This document shows positions 63,407 through 64,000 of a stretch of 64,000 nucleotides of DNA, piece after piece; within the stretch, counting starts at the first letter, position 1, and every line of letters starts with the position of its first letter. Under the pieces are notes generated by a model, which saw only the letters and a list, made by a program, of their open reading frames with translations, was not told the origin of the DNA and did no database searches. The stretch covers positions 1 through 64,000 of the forward strand of contig CAWCBP010000004.1 of assembly GCA_963793865.1 (NCBI GenBank), given 5' to 3'. A program made the position numbers and the translations under genes. Source of the stretch: an uncultured delta proteobacterium (lineage in GTDB: Bacteria > Desulfobacterota > WTBG01).

Positions 63407-63445
63407 CCCCTCTCCCCACCGGGGGAGAGGGTTAGGGTGAGGGGG
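63407..63445. repeat. CCCTCTCCC...GGGAGAGGGTTAGGGTGAGGG-type REP-like element
   Basis: CCCCTCTCCCCACCGGGGGAGAGGGTTAGGGTGAGGGGG. Confidence 0.7.
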
Positions 63446-63502
63446 TATTGAAAGTCTATTTTCGAATCAATATAATTGAACAAAGCAGAAAGGAGGAGAC
63501 GC

Positions 63503-64000
63503 ATGAAAGATGACAAGAAGAAAAAGAAACTGACCACCAATGCCGGCGCGCCGGTGGTTGACAATCAGAACACCATGACCGCCGGGCCGCGGGGGCCGGT
63601 GCTGCTGCAGGATGTCTGGTACCTGGAAAAAATGTCCCACTTTGACCGGGAGGTGATCCCCGAGCGGCGGATGCATGCCAAGGGCTCCGGGGCCTTCGGC
63701 ACCTTTACCGTCACCCACGACATCACCAAATATACCAGGGCCAAGATTTTCTCCAAGGTGGGAAAGAAAACCGAGTACTTCACCCGCTTCTCCACCGTGG
63801 CCGGTGAGCGCGGGGCGGCCGATGCCGAACGGGACATCCGCGGATTCGCGATCAAATTTTACACCGAGGAAGGAAACTGGGACCTGGTGGGAAACAACAC
63901 CCCGGTGTTTTTCCTGCGCGATCCGCTCAAGTTTCCCGATCTCAACCACGCCGTAAAGCGTGACCCGCGGACCAACATGCGAAGCGCCAAAAACAACTGG
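63503..64000 (+). CDS. katA: Monofunctional heme catalase, 5' part (runs off the window)
   Basis: [65 protein letters not shown]. Confidence 0.97.
   Translation, partial: MKDDKKKKKLTTNAGAPVVDNQNTMTAGPRGPVLLQDVWYLEKMSHFDREVIPERRMHAKGSGAFGTFTVTHDITKYTRAKIFSKVGKKTEYFTRFSTVAGERGAADAERDIRGFAIKFYTEEGNWDLVGNNTPVFFLRDPLKFPDLNHAVKRDPRTNMRSAKNNW

Overview
Bacterial chromosome segment. Gene content and order suggest Desulfobacterota (Deltaproteobacteria), probably from a metagenome or long-read assembly, because 0.55-8.3 kb and relA carry frameshifts that look like sequencing indels. Layout: (1) 0-8.6 kb, an accessory sigma54-controlled RND efflux unit whose permease appears fused to a TolC domain. (2) 8.7-24.8 kb, core genes kdsA-kdsD-kdsC-lptC-lptA-lptB-hpf-ptsN-rapZ-EIIA-rimI-pyrK-pyrD-ispG-proS-relA and rpmB; lptA has a large extra N-terminal domain and rpoN is missing from its usual slot. 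(3) 25.1-28.1 kb, a CCG Fe-S protein, a U32-family protein, and a 21-aa lysine-rich microgene (MATKKKAAKKPAKKKAAKKKK, below the ORF-track cutoff) with its own promoter, RBS and terminator. (4) 28.3-50.7 kb, a lipid A/envelope-remodelling island of two tandem paralogous modules: ArnC-like GT2, LAB_N, four GT-C/ArnT-like transferases, two LpxL-like acyltransferases, an ICMT/LmtA-like methyltransferase, a membrane-anchored Cys-phosphatase, an LtaS-like enzyme, a radical SAM/SPASM enzyme, a GT4 and an OmpR-family two-component system. Three PmrA-box-like direct-repeat arrays precede its transcription units, and a nearly identical 680-bp response-regulator repeat brackets a 10.4-kb cassette. (5) 50.8-64 kb, core genes: carboxyltransferase, mdh, aspS, moeA, secF-secD-yajC-tgt-queA, perR and the start of a catalase. 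Intergenic DNA holds several REP families, two MITE-like elements and heptamer repeats. No rRNA, tRNA or CRISPR array was recognised. All family calls come from reading motifs by eye; no database search was run.
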